Assembly: GCA_965243395.1 (NCBI GenBank)
Contig: CBDEUS010000001.1
Coordinates: 416,001 to 480,000, forward strand
Length of the DNA: 64,000 bases
Direction: 5' to 3'
DNA from: Gammaproteobacteria bacterium
GTDB taxonomy: Bacteria > Pseudomonadota > Gammaproteobacteria > UBA4575
Position 1 is the first letter of the stretch; the number at the start of each line of letters is the position of its first letter. Shown in pieces: positions 8,915 through 20,931 of this stretch. Under the pieces are notes generated by a model. It worked only from the letters and a program-made list of their open reading frames with translations. It was not told where the DNA came from and did not search any database. The position numbers were made by a program, and so were the translations under genes.

Positions 8915-9709
8915 ATGACTATCAATATCGAAGATAAATATGTAGGGCTCATCCCAGCTGCTGGATGTGCCAGTCGCTTACCAAACTTAGGTTGTAGTAA
9001 AGAAATTTATCCAATACCTACGATTACCGAGCAGAATGAACAAAAATTTACCCCTGTAAGTTCTTATCTTATCCAGTCTTATCAAAGGGCAAGCATAAAT
9101 AATATAAAGATTATTCTTCGTGATGGTAAAGAAGATATCATTGAAACATTAGGCAATGGTCAGCAATATGGCGTACAGCTAAGTTATTTGTACACACAGA
9201 TTTTTCATGGCCCACCTTATAGCTTAGATGCTGCCTTTTCAGATGTTCAAAGCAAATCCATTGCGGTTGGATTTCCTGATATTTTGTTCACACCTCAAGA
9301 TGCATTTGCATCGCTTATTAATAAACAAGAACAGACTCAAGCCGATGTTGTTCTGGGCCTGTTTGTTGCGCCACATCCACATAAAATGGATATGATTGAA
9401 TTTGATTCAGCGAGCAACATTAAATCCATTCACATTAAACCTTCGCAGTCTCCACTAAAATGGACGTGGATATTAGCGGTGTGGACACCTCTTTTTAGTG
9501 TGTTTATGCATCAAACACTGAAAAAAATGCTGCCTGAATTTGAGACCAAACAGCGCAATGAGTGCCATATTGGAACTATTTTTCAACTAGCATTAAACGA
9601 GGGACTTCGTTTTGATTATGTGTATTATGATACAGGTGAGTTGATTGATATAGGCACCCCGGATGACTTGCATCGCATTGAGCATTCATGCCCGGACTGG
9701 CTTAAATAA
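8915..9709 (+). CDS. Sugar-phosphate nucleotidyltransferase (RmlA-like)
   Basis: GLIPAAGCASRL..SKE N-terminal motif, GFPD, C-terminal DIGTPDD. Confidence 0.8.
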   Translation: MTINIEDKYVGLIPAAGCASRLPNLGCSKEIYPIPTITEQNEQKFTPVSSYLIQSYQRASINNIKIILRDGKEDIIETLGNGQQYGVQLSYLYTQIFHGPPYSLDAAFSDVQSKSIAVGFPDILFTPQDAFASLINKQEQTQADVVLGLFVAPHPHKMDMIEFDSASNIKSIHIKPSQSPLKWTWILAVWTPLFSVFMHQTLKKMLPEFETKQRNECHIGTIFQLALNEGLRFDYVYYDTGELIDIGTPDDLHRIEHSCPDWLK

Positions 9710-9733
9710 GTTTTGTATTTGAAAAAAGCTCGT

Positions 9734-10177
9734 TCACATATCATCGTACTCAATTCTGATGAGTTTCGTTTTTGAGGCAATGTCGTGCCAAGTACGGTTT
9801 TGTTTATCCCACAAGCTCCAAAGAAAACCAATACCGAAAATTGCCCATGAAAAGATGGCTACAACAAAACGAATTAAGCAACTTTTCCAAGAAACAATCA
9901 TTCCATTTTCGGGTACGAGTTTCATTTTCCAAGTGCGCATTCCAAGTGTTTGGCCATTGTGCGTCCAGAACCAGGCAAAGAATATAAATGCAACAAGAAA
10001 GATATACACTTGATATAAATAGAAAAAAGGGCTTTCAGGTTTGATATTAAATGGAATAACTACTAAAAATGATGCAATAAATAAAACGGTAAGTAATAAA
10101 AAGAAATCATAAAAAATTGCACCAAATCGTCGTAGCAATGAAACATGTTTCTGTGAGGAGGAGTTTTTAGAATTCAT
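9734..10177 (-). CDS. RDD family membrane protein
   Basis: RRFGAIFYD, GQTLGMRTW, RTWHDIASKT motifs. Confidence 0.9.
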   Translation of the reverse strand: MNSKNSSSQKHVSLLRRFGAIFYDFFLLLTVLFIASFLVVIPFNIKPESPFFYLYQVYIFLVAFIFFAWFWTHNGQTLGMRTWKMKLVPENGMIVSWKSCLIRFVVAIFSWAIFGIGFLWSLWDKQNRTWHDIASKTKLIRIEYDDM

Positions 10178-10416
10178 TTTAATTTGTAATAACTATACAA
10201 AAGTTGATTTTATTATGTGAAATTCATAAACTTAGCTTTAATGGATTAAGTATATCGATTTCAGTACTAGAAAAATCATAAAGATTGATCAATAACAATA
10301 ATAAAACTGAAGTGAAATCGTAAGAATTAGCTAAAAATTGGGAGCTATCTTGCAAAAATTTCAGCGAAATTATTCTTGCCTAAAACCTAGTCGCATTATC
10401 TTTTCAGAATTATCAT

Positions 10417-11334
10417 ATGAGTGATTCTTCATTTACTTTGCCGCCTGACCAGCCTGTTATTGAGGCTTTTCTTGATACTTTGTGGGTAGAACATGGCTTA
10501 AGTGAGAACACATTATCTGCGTATCGTAACGATTTGTTAGGTTTGTCGAAGTGGTTGTCTAAAATGACAGTGAATATTACCGATGCCCGCCGAGATCATT
10601 TATTGGATTATTTGTCCTATCGTGTGCAACAAGGCAGTATGCCGCGTACTTCTGCAAGATTATTATCAAGTATTCGACGTTTTTATCGTTATCTTGTGCG
10701 ACAAGGCGCTGTGCAGAAAGATCCTTCTGCACAAATTGAATTTCCGAAACTCGGTCGTCCGTTACCCGAAACTTTAACGGAAGAAGAGGTTGAACGTTTA
10801 CTCGCTGCACCTAATACAAATAAGGCGCAAGGGGTGCGTGACCGTGCAATGTTAGAGGTACTTTATGCTTGCGGATTGCGAGTTAGTGAATTGATTGGCT
10901 TAACACTCAGTCAAGTAAACTTAAATCATGGTGTAATTCGCGTGACAGGCAAGGGCAATAAAGAACGCTTAATTCCATTTGGAGAGCAAGCCAATGAATG
11001 GATTTCGAAATTCATAAATGAAGCACGAGCAGATTTGTTAAAAAATAATCGTCCTTGCGATGCATTATTTATAACTAATCGAGGTGCTGCAATGACACGG
11101 CAGGCATTTTGGCATTTGATTAAAAAGCACTCGAAAAATGTAGGCATTACTAAGCACTTATCTCCACATACTTTGCGACATGCATTTGCGACTCATTTGT
11201 TAAATCATGGTGCGGATTTGCGCGTTGTGCAAATGCTATTAGGACATAGTGACCTATCTACCACGCAAATATATACGCATGTAGCACAAGCAAGATTACA
11301 GGAACTGCACCGCAAGCATCATCCCCGAGGCTAA
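10417..11334 (+). CDS. xerD: Tyrosine recombinase XerD
   Basis: GLSENTLSAYRNDL, YACGLRVSEL, SPHTLRHAFATHLLNHGADLRVVQMLLGHSDLSTTQIYTHV; precedes dsbC. Confidence 0.96.
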   Translation: MSDSSFTLPPDQPVIEAFLDTLWVEHGLSENTLSAYRNDLLGLSKWLSKMTVNITDARRDHLLDYLSYRVQQGSMPRTSARLLSSIRRFYRYLVRQGAVQKDPSAQIEFPKLGRPLPETLTEEEVERLLAAPNTNKAQGVRDRAMLEVLYACGLRVSELIGLTLSQVNLNHGVIRVTGKGNKERLIPFGEQANEWISKFINEARADLLKNNRPCDALFITNRGAAMTRQAFWHLIKKHSKNVGITKHLSPHTLRHAFATHLLNHGADLRVVQMLLGHSDLSTTQIYTHVAQARLQELHRKHHPRG

Positions 11335-11373
11335 AATGTGTTGCTGGGCGGTTAATTTAGTCATTCTAAAGGA

Positions 11374-11402
11374 TGAAATTATTCTCTAGGACAAAGGTCT
11401 TA
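11374..11402 (+). promoter_or_regulatory. Putative sigma-E promoter for dsbC
   Basis: tGAAATT-N16-GTCTTA versus the consensus GGAACTT-N16-GTCnnA; dsbC is sigma-E regulated in E. coli. Confidence 0.4.
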
Positions 11403-11478
11403 TATAGTATGCCTGCAATGGCCTTGCAGCTATGTAGCTACTGAGTATTCATTTCAAATTCAATAGGGAAATAACAGA

Positions 11479-12210
11479 ATGTATAAGTTGATCATTTATT
11501 TAGTGTTGCTTTTATTTAGCTCTCAAATAGCAGTTGCTGGTGAGTCTGAGGATATTGCTAACATCATGGAGCGTTTAGAAAAATTAGCACCGCAAGATAA
11601 GCCAGACTCAATTAAACCCACTGCTGTAAATGGCTTATATGAAGTTATTTTTGGTTCAGAAATATTTTATGTTTCATCAGACGGTCGTTATGTTATTCAG
11701 GGTGCATTATTGGATTTAAATACCAATGAGAATATGACTGAAACGACACGAGCTAATTTACGCAAGACAGCCATGAGTCAGCTGAAAGAATCTGAAATGA
11801 TCGTATTCTCACCAGAAAAGCCTCGTCACACACTAACGGTGTTTACGGATATCGATTGTGGTTATTGCAGAAAATTACATTCTGAGATGGATCAGTTAAA
11901 TAGTTATGGCGTTAAAGTGCGTTATATGATGTTTCCACGTAGTGGTCCTAATACTCCATCCTTTCAGAAAGCAGTAAATGTTTGGTGCGCAAAAGACCAG
12001 CAGGTATCGATGACTAGAGCAAAGGCGGGCGAGAGTGTTCCTCAAGCGAATTGTGATCATCCTATCAATTCGCAGTTTAGTGCAGGACAACAATTAGGTG
12101 TAACTGGTACTCCTGCATTGTTGCTAGATGATGGAACATTGATTCCTGGTTATCGACCTGCAAAAGATTTAGCAGCAATGTTGGATGAACATACTAAGAA
12201 GAGTAATTAA
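11479..12210 (+). CDS. dsbC: Thiol:disulfide isomerase DsbC
   Basis: Signal peptide, FTDIDCGYCRKLH, GVTGTPA. Confidence 0.95.
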   Translation: MYKLIIYLVLLLFSSQIAVAGESEDIANIMERLEKLAPQDKPDSIKPTAVNGLYEVIFGSEIFYVSSDGRYVIQGALLDLNTNENMTETTRANLRKTAMSQLKESEMIVFSPEKPRHTLTVFTDIDCGYCRKLHSEMDQLNSYGVKVRYMMFPRSGPNTPSFQKAVNVWCAKDQQVSMTRAKAGESVPQANCDHPINSQFSAGQQLGVTGTPALLLDDGTLIPGYRPAKDLAAMLDEHTKKSN

Positions 12211-12212
12211 TT

Positions 12213-15200
12213 TTATCCGTTTAACTCATCATCAGAATAATCATAGATTGCCGGAATGGATGTAAACAAAACTGATGTGCGTATCGTTTTGTTTGGATAT
12301 AGTTTTTTCACAGCATTTTTATAAACACTCATTTGAGGACAATACTGCTTCGCTAATTCGTGCATCGAGGCCAGTGTGGCTTCGCTTGAGGTTTTATAAT
12401 CAATAATCCAAGCAGACATTTTGTAAATTATTATGTGATCTATGATGCGAAAGTAGACTTTATTGCTTTCTGTAAAGCTTATCGGAATTTCTTTTAAAAT
12501 TTCTTTTTCGTCTGAGGTTGAAAATATCTCTTCTAGCTCTTTCGATTGATAACAATTTTTTACTTCATTCAATGCGCGTTCAAAATTAGAGTGACTTTCA
12601 ATAGACCCAAGTTCAGATTCAACCGTGATTCTTAAATTTTCGTAGTCTGACTCTTCTTGGAAAAAGTGTGGTTCGGCGAGTTCAAATATCTTATGCACAA
12701 GTGTTCCATAATCAGCTTTAGTATCATTTTTAACGCCCTGTTTAGTATTTGCATCGATGTCGTTTGGTTTAACAAAAGCTTGGCTTAAGTCGTAAGTATG
12801 ATTTTGATACTGCTTATTTTTTTCAGCTTCGACTTTTTGTGACTCTGGTATAGGAGCAGTACCAAACTTCATGCATAAGGGATTACTATTGATATCTTGT
12901 TCAAACGCATCATTAATTATGGAGTGCCAAGAAATTGAATGATGTTGTGAAGCAGTCCCGCTGATAAATAAGTATTGTTTTGCGCGAGTTAAGGCTACAT
13001 AAAGTAAGTTTAGTTCTTCTAGACGTTCTTTATCAGTTTGTTTATTGATTATTGATTGTGTATCTGTATCAATTTCGTTTTTGCGTCCTAGTATGAAAAA
13101 TAATTCCGGCTGTAGAGCGCCTGGGGGCCACTGAATGATGGGTTGATAAGTAAAGGGTTTGTTTTTTTGTGGTCCTGTATCATACAAAAATACTACAGGC
13201 GCTTCTAAGCCTTTAGCAGCATGAATAGTCATGATCTGCACAACATTTTCATTTTGCTGCTGTAAGTTTCTCGATAGCGAAATACCAGCATTTGGTTTTC
13301 GTAACGCGTTTAAGAAAGACTGAACGCTAGAATATCTACCTGCATCTATATCTAAACTAAGTTGAAGTAGTGAAATAAGGTTATCTAATACTTGCGTTTT
13401 CGATTTATTGTTATCCTTTTTTGTACAGCACGATGCATAACGTGATAGTAGATTAGTCTGAAAATATATTTGATCAAGTAAATCATGAACTGGAAGCGTA
13501 TTAGTCATTAGTTGCCAGTTATGAATCTGTTCTAGCGCAGATTTTGCTTTAGGGTTGGCCGAAGTGTCTGCATATTCGATAAGTTTTTCATGCCACGTAT
13601 TTTGGTTTTGAATAGATATCTGCATCAATTCTTCATCTGAAAACGCATACAAGGGGCTACGCAACACTTGTGCAAGTGCTAAGTCATTGTGAGGCTGGAT
13701 TAAAAATGTCAGTAGAGCCAATATATCTTGAATTTCGAGAGCTGATAAAAAATCTTTTTCATAAGTGCTGTTGTAGGGTATGTTTTGCTCGCGCAATGCA
13801 AGTTCAAGCTGTGCCAAATGTGTGCGGTTGCGAGCCAAAATCATGATATCGCTGAAACAGACTGCTCTTGCCCCAGATTGATCATTAATCGTAGTTGAGT
13901 TACAGATTATTGTGTTTATTTTGTTTGCTACGCTTTGTCCTTCTAAATAATGACAATCGTATTCGACATTTTGCTTAGGCTCTGTAAGTGGATTTCGAAA
14001 AGCTTTATGTTGAATAGCTTTTTCATCTAAATCATCAACAGTGATTAAAGAATCTACATGGACTTCTCCCCATAAATTTGATTGCACGGCTTGATGAGTA
14101 TTAAAGTTATTGAGCAATATATTTTCTTGTGAAAATACTTGGTTAACAAAATTTACAATTGCTGGTGAGGAGCGAAATGATTCATCCGTTTCGAGTACGT
14201 CAGCTTTAAGGTTTTGTTTAGCCCAATTTGCAGCATTAAATTGCAGCTCAGAATTTGCTCGGCGAAAGCCATAAATGGATTGTTTGGCATCGCCTACAAA
14301 AAATAAGCTTCTATGATTTTCACTAGAATCTATTGCTAGTTCATTTAGTAAAGGGGATATCAATTTCCATTGAGTTGGATTTGTGTCTTGAAACTCATCT
14401 ATTAAAATGTGCTGAATGCGCTGATCCAGTTTGTACTGAACCCAGGCAGCATTTTCATGTTGGTTTAAAAGTAGATAGGTGTACCACTCGAGATCATCAA
14501 AATCCAAAAAATGTTGCTGGAATTTTAGTTCTTGATATTCCTGTATAAGGATATGCCCCGCAAAAAACCATGCACGGTTAAATTCATATAATGCTTGTTT
14601 CTTTTTATTGTCTAGGTAGTCGAAAAATTTTTCACAAATAATGTCATGTAGCTCAAGCAATTTATTCATATTTTCATTGCCTAAGTTTTTTTCTAGTGCT
14701 TTGCTGGTCTTGAGCTTGCGCATTTTTAATTCATTCGTTAAAAACACATTAACGATCGCGTCCAAATGTTGCTCTTCGAGCTGTGTGCTTTGTAAAAATA
14801 TCGTCAGATTCTTGCAGTGGCGTAGATTAGTATCCGTTGGGTGCTGAGACAGATAAACTGAATACTTTTCAACGAACGGCCTAAGAGAGTTCAAAAAATC
14901 TGATAAGTTAAAAGTTTTCTTAAATAGCTTTTTATGTAAGCATTCACCGGCATAGGTAACAGGATCAGTTTGTAGTTCAGTAAAACTCCACCAGTCACTC
15001 CTGGAGTCAATGAAGGTGTCAAGCAGCTGGTTAACATTATTGACGCTGCTGCTGTGTTGTAGCAGTTTAAACAACGCTTGACTAAGCTTAATATGATCTT
15101 TTGATTGTGCTTTTTTGAACAAGCGTTTTCGTGCTTCTTCTTTGAGCTCAAATGTGGTTTCAACTACTCGAAAGCCTGCAGGCACACCTGCATGAATTGC

Positions 15201-15602
15201 GAAACGTTTTAGAATATCCTGGCAAAATGCATGAAAAGTGGTAATTCGTATTTCATGCTCGGCAAATAATAATTCTTCATATAAGTTTCTCGCTTTTGAT
15301 ATGCTTACGTTATCATATGAATGCGAGAGATCTTTTAGCGTTTTCTGTAATTGTGAATCATCCACTGAAGCCCACTCGGCCAATACTTTCATTAGTCGTT
15401 CTTGCATTTCTGCGGCTGCTTTGCGCGTGAAAGTAATGGCTAAAATTTGTGCAGGCTCAATTCCATTAAGCAATAGTTTTAATATACGGTGAACAAGAAG
15501 ATACGTTTTACCACTTCCTGCAGAGGCAAATACTGCAATATTTGCATACGGATCTGTAGCGCGTTGGGTTTTGTTAATGTGACTAATATTCGAGCCTGTC
15601 AT
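12213..15602 (-). CDS. addA: UvrD-family helicase with C-terminal RecB-type nuclease (AddA-like)
   Basis: ASAGSGKT, ITFTRKAA, IDEFQDT, VGDAKQSIYGFR, TIHAAKGLE, YVALTRAK, GTLVH, IDHI..IIDYKT. Confidence 0.8.
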   Translation of the reverse strand: MTGSNISHINKTQRATDPYANIAVFASAGSGKTYLLVHRILKLLLNGIEPAQILAITFTRKAAAEMQERLMKVLAEWASVDDSQLQKTLKDLSHSYDNVSISKARNLYEELLFAEHEIRITTFHAFCQDILKRFAIHAGVPAGFRVVETTFELKEEARKRLFKKAQSKDHIKLSQALFKLLQHSSSVNNVNQLLDTFIDSRSDWWSFTELQTDPVTYAGECLHKKLFKKTFNLSDFLNSLRPFVEKYSVYLSQHPTDTNLRHCKNLTIFLQSTQLEEQHLDAIVNVFLTNELKMRKLKTSKALEKNLGNENMNKLLELHDIICEKFFDYLDNKKKQALYEFNRAWFFAGHILIQEYQELKFQQHFLDFDDLEWYTYLLLNQHENAAWVQYKLDQRIQHILIDEFQDTNPTQWKLISPLLNELAIDSSENHRSLFFVGDAKQSIYGFRRANSELQFNAANWAKQNLKADVLETDESFRSSPAIVNFVNQVFSQENILLNNFNTHQAVQSNLWGEVHVDSLITVDDLDEKAIQHKAFRNPLTEPKQNVEYDCHYLEGQSVANKINTIICNSTTINDQSGARAVCFSDIMILARNRTHLAQLELALREQNIPYNSTYEKDFLSALEIQDILALLTFLIQPHNDLALAQVLRSPLYAFSDEELMQISIQNQNTWHEKLIEYADTSANPKAKSALEQIHNWQLMTNTLPVHDLLDQIYFQTNLLSRYASCCTKKDNNKSKTQVLDNLISLLQLSLDIDAGRYSSVQSFLNALRKPNAGISLSRNLQQQNENVVQIMTIHAAKGLEAPVVFLYDTGPQKNKPFTYQPIIQWPPGALQPELFFILGRKNEIDTDTQSIINKQTDKERLEELNLLYVALTRAKQYLFISGTASQHHSISWHSIINDAFEQDINSNPLCMKFGTAPIPESQKVEAEKNKQYQNHTYDLSQAFVKPNDIDANTKQGVKNDTKADYGTLVHKIFELAEPHFFQEESDYENLRITVESELGSIESHSNFERALNEVKNCYQSKELEEIFSTSDEKEILKEIPISFTESNKVYFRIIDHIIIYKMSAWIIDYKTSSEATLASMHELAKQYCPQMSVYKNAVKKLYPNKTIRTSVLFTSIPAIYDYSDDELNG

Positions 15603-15664
15603 GTGGCTAGCATACTGTCGTGATTAGGTTCGTACAATTATTTAAGTTTTAAAAAGGAAACTGA

Positions 15665-17551
<1,887 letters not shown>

Positions 17552-17636
17552 TTTATTTGCGCGAAGTCAGGTTAGAAAAAAAGTGAACATGGTGCAATTG
17601 TGAAAAAATCATGCAAGATGGTAGAAAATTAAATAT

Positions 17637-19907
17637 ATGAGTGAAAATTTAGAAATGGACTTTGAACAGTCTGAAGAATTACCCATTCAGGAATTTGCTG
17701 AAAAGGCATATTTGGAATATTCCATGTATGTGATTCTTGACCGTGCATTGCCAAATATTGGGGATGGCTTGAAGCCGGTACAACGTAGAATTATTTATTC
17801 CATGTCAGAGCTTGGTTTGTCAGCAGTTTCCAAACATAAAAAATCGGCGCGTACGGTAGGGGATGTGATTGGTAAATATCATCCTCATGGAGACAGTGCG
17901 TGTTATGAAGCCATGGTTTTAATGGCACAGCCATTTTCTTATCGTTATCCGCTTGTAGATGGTCAAGGCAATTGGGGTTCAACCGATGATCCTAAGTCTT
18001 TTGCAGCCATGCGCTACACCGAGTCAAGATTAACTAAATACGCAAAAGCATTATTGCAGGAGCTGGATCAAGGTACTGCTGAATGGGTGCCGAATTTTGA
18101 TGGCACTTTATCAGAACCAAAAGTATTACCAGCTCGTTTACCAAATGTATTGCTAAATGGCGGAATGGGAATTGCCGTAGGAATGTCTACGGATATCCCG
18201 CCACATAATATCAATGAAGTGGTGAATGCCTGTGTACATTTGCTAGATCATCCCAAGGCAACGGTTGCTGAACTATGCAAACACATTAAAGGTCCAGATT
18301 ATCCAACTGGTGCGGAAATTATTTCAGATCCAAAGGAAATTAAAGAAATTTATGCAACGGGCACTGGTTCCGTGCGAATGCGCGCTGTCTATCAAAAAGA
18401 AGATTCAGATATTGTTATTACTGCATTGCCTCATCAGGTTTCCGGCGCAAAAATATTGGAACAGATAGCGCAACAAATGCAATCCAAAAAATTGCCCATG
18501 GTGCAAGATTTGCGGGATGAATCTGATCATGAAAATCCAATTCGTATCGTAATTACTCCACGAAGTAATCGCATCAATATCGATGATTTAATGTCGCACA
18601 TTTTTGCAACGACTGATTTAGAAAAAAATTATCGTGCAAATTTGAATGTGATCGGCATTGATGGTCTCCCTCAGGTTAAAAATATACGAGATTTGCTTAA
18701 AGAATGGCTGGAATTTAGAAAAGAGACGGTAAAAAAACGCTTGCAATGGCGTTTAGATAAAGTAGCTAAGCGATTGCACGAATTAGATGGACTTTTAATT
18801 GCATATTTAAATATTGATGAAGTCATAAAGATCATACGCAATGAAGATGAGCCAAAAGTTAAATTGATGAAAAAATTCAAGCTTAGTGATGAGCAAGCTG
18901 AATATATATTAAATTTACGTTTACGTAACTTAGCTAAAATTGAAGAAATAAAAATTAAAGCTGAGAAAAAAGAATTATCTACTGAGAGGAAAACACTGGA
19001 GCAGACCCTTAAATCAAGCGCCCGTTTGAAAACCCTAATTAAAAAAGAACTAAAACAAGATGCAGAAGAATTTGGAGATGAGCGTCGCTCTAAATTAGTT
19101 AAACGTGAAGCTGCTACTGCAATAGATGAATCCAAATTAGTTCCCTCTGAGGCTATTACGGTTGTGCTATCTCAAAAAGGCTGGGTGCGGGCAGCAAAAG
19201 GAACAGAAGTTAACGCTAGAGAACTCAATTATAAGTCTGGAGACGCTTATCAAGCTCATGCTTTTGGCAAGTCAAATCAAAACGCATTATTTATAGATTC
19301 GCGTGGACGTTGTTATGCCTTACCTGCACACACTTTACCTTCTGCACGAGGCCAGGGTGAGCCATTAAGTGGTAAATTGAAACCCGCAGATGGTGCACAA
19401 TTTGTGGGTGTAATGATGGGCGATCCCGAAGATTACTACTTACTCGCAAGTAGTGCGGGTTATGGATTTGTCGGCAAACTTGAAGACATGTTTACCCGTA
19501 ATCGCGCCGGTAAAGCGATGTTATCGGTGCCTAAGGGTGCACAAGCACTGCCACCCGTTCGGGTTCGGAGTATTGACGAGGATTGGATCATTTCTATAGG
19601 TTCTGCTGGTAATATGTTAGTCATCCCTTTAAATGAAATTCCGGTATTGCCAAAAGGAAAAGGTAATAAAATCATTAATATTCCAAGTAAGAAAGTGGTG
19701 AGTGGTGAAGAATACATGCGTGCGATAGCTTTAGTGCAAGATGGTGAAAGCCTTACCCTGCACGCTGGAAAGCGTACTAAGAAAATGAAAGGTGATGAAA
19801 TTGACACTTTTGTTGGAGAGCGTGGTCAAAGGGGATTAAAGTTATCACAAGGTTACCGGAATGTTGATGCAATTGAAGTTCACATGGATGAAAAAATAGA
19901 AGAGTAA
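17637..19907 (+). CDS. parC: DNA topoisomerase IV subunit A
   Basis: [30 protein letters not shown]; follows parE. Confidence 0.97.
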   Translation: MSENLEMDFEQSEELPIQEFAEKAYLEYSMYVILDRALPNIGDGLKPVQRRIIYSMSELGLSAVSKHKKSARTVGDVIGKYHPHGDSACYEAMVLMAQPFSYRYPLVDGQGNWGSTDDPKSFAAMRYTESRLTKYAKALLQELDQGTAEWVPNFDGTLSEPKVLPARLPNVLLNGGMGIAVGMSTDIPPHNINEVVNACVHLLDHPKATVAELCKHIKGPDYPTGAEIISDPKEIKEIYATGTGSVRMRAVYQKEDSDIVITALPHQVSGAKILEQIAQQMQSKKLPMVQDLRDESDHENPIRIVITPRSNRINIDDLMSHIFATTDLEKNYRANLNVIGIDGLPQVKNIRDLLKEWLEFRKETVKKRLQWRLDKVAKRLHELDGLLIAYLNIDEVIKIIRNEDEPKVKLMKKFKLSDEQAEYILNLRLRNLAKIEEIKIKAEKKELSTERKTLEQTLKSSARLKTLIKKELKQDAEEFGDERRSKLVKREAATAIDESKLVPSEAITVVLSQKGWVRAAKGTEVNARELNYKSGDAYQAHAFGKSNQNALFIDSRGRCYALPAHTLPSARGQGEPLSGKLKPADGAQFVGVMMGDPEDYYLLASSAGYGFVGKLEDMFTRNRAGKAMLSVPKGAQALPPVRVRSIDEDWIISIGSAGNMLVIPLNEIPVLPKGKGNKIINIPSKKVVSGEEYMRAIALVQDGESLTLHAGKRTKKMKGDEIDTFVGERGQRGLKLSQGYRNVDAIEVHMDEKIEE

Positions 19908-19910
19908 AAT

Positions 19911-19938
19911 CTTGAGTTTTAATAATAAGGCTCCATAT
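19911..19938 (+). promoter_or_regulatory. Putative sigma-32 (RpoH) promoter for htpX
   Basis: CTTGAG-N14-CTCCATAT versus the consensus CTTGAA-N13/14-CCCCATNT; htpX is a known heat-shock gene. Confidence 0.65.
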
Positions 19939-19981
19939 TTAAATAATGCAGATAAATTTACAATTTTGTGAGGGTTAGTTA

Positions 19982-20866
19982 ATGGCAACTCGAATCTTTC
20001 TACTTATCGCAACTAATTTTGCTGTGATCGTTGTTTTAGGAATTGTGGCTCAGCTTATCGGGCTCGATAAAATCATGGCTCAAAATGGCATGTCTGGTCA
20101 GCTGACGGGTTTGTTTATTATGTCGTTAGTCATTGGTTTTGGTGGTTCATTTATTTCTTTAGCCATGTCCAAGTGGCTGGCAAAAAGATCAATGGGTGTG
20201 CATATGATTGAGCAACCATCAAACGAAGTGGAGCAATGGTTGATGGATACCGTACAACGTCAAGCAGAACAAGCCAACATCGGTATGCCAGAAGTTGGAA
20301 TTTTTGATACACCTGAAGTAAATGCTTTCGCAACAGGTATGCGTCGTAATAATGCGATGGTTGCGGTGAGTACCGGTTTGTTAAATGCAATGAGTCGTGA
20401 TGAAGCAGAAGCCGTGATGGCACATGAGATTAGTCATGTTGCGAATGGAGATATGGTTACTATGGGACTTATTCAGGGTGTATTGAATACTTTTGTAATT
20501 TTCTTGTCTCGTATTGTAGGCATTATTGTCGATAAAGCTGTGTTTAAGTCTAGAAGTGGTTTTGGACCTGGATATTACATAGTTAGTATCATCGCGCAAA
20601 TCGTTTTGGGAATATTGGCATCTATTATTGCGAGTTGGTATTCGCGTCGACGTGAATTTCGTGCAGATGCTGGAGGTGCAGAATTAGCGGGGCGTGAAAA
20701 AATGGCTGCGGCATTAGAGCGTCTTAAAGCACAACACGAGCCACAAGAATTACCAGGACAACTTGCAGCCTTTGGAATTTCGGGTGGCATGAAAGATGGG
20801 CTTAGAAAACTATTCAGTACACATCCACCGCTAGAAGATCGAATTGCGGCCCTAAGAAATTACTAA
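19982..20866 (+). CDS. htpX: Membrane zinc protease HtpX
   Basis: [39 protein letters not shown]. Confidence 0.96.
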   Translation: MATRIFLLIATNFAVIVVLGIVAQLIGLDKIMAQNGMSGQLTGLFIMSLVIGFGGSFISLAMSKWLAKRSMGVHMIEQPSNEVEQWLMDTVQRQAEQANIGMPEVGIFDTPEVNAFATGMRRNNAMVAVSTGLLNAMSRDEAEAVMAHEISHVANGDMVTMGLIQGVLNTFVIFLSRIVGIIVDKAVFKSRSGFGPGYYIVSIIAQIVLGILASIIASWYSRRREFRADAGGAELAGREKMAAALERLKAQHEPQELPGQLAAFGISGGMKDGLRKLFSTHPPLEDRIAALRNY

Positions 20867-20931
20867 GGGAGATTATTAAGGGAAATAGCTAATAAAGAAA
20901 ATAGCTAGAAGGTTAATCTATAAAAATTCGT

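Noticed and set aside
10417-11334. Tyrosine recombinase as an island or phage integrase
   Set aside because: Sequence and the xerD-dsbC context identify the housekeeping XerD.
18671-19807. Long antisense ORFs within parC
   Set aside because: Shadow frames of a conserved gene, with no motifs.
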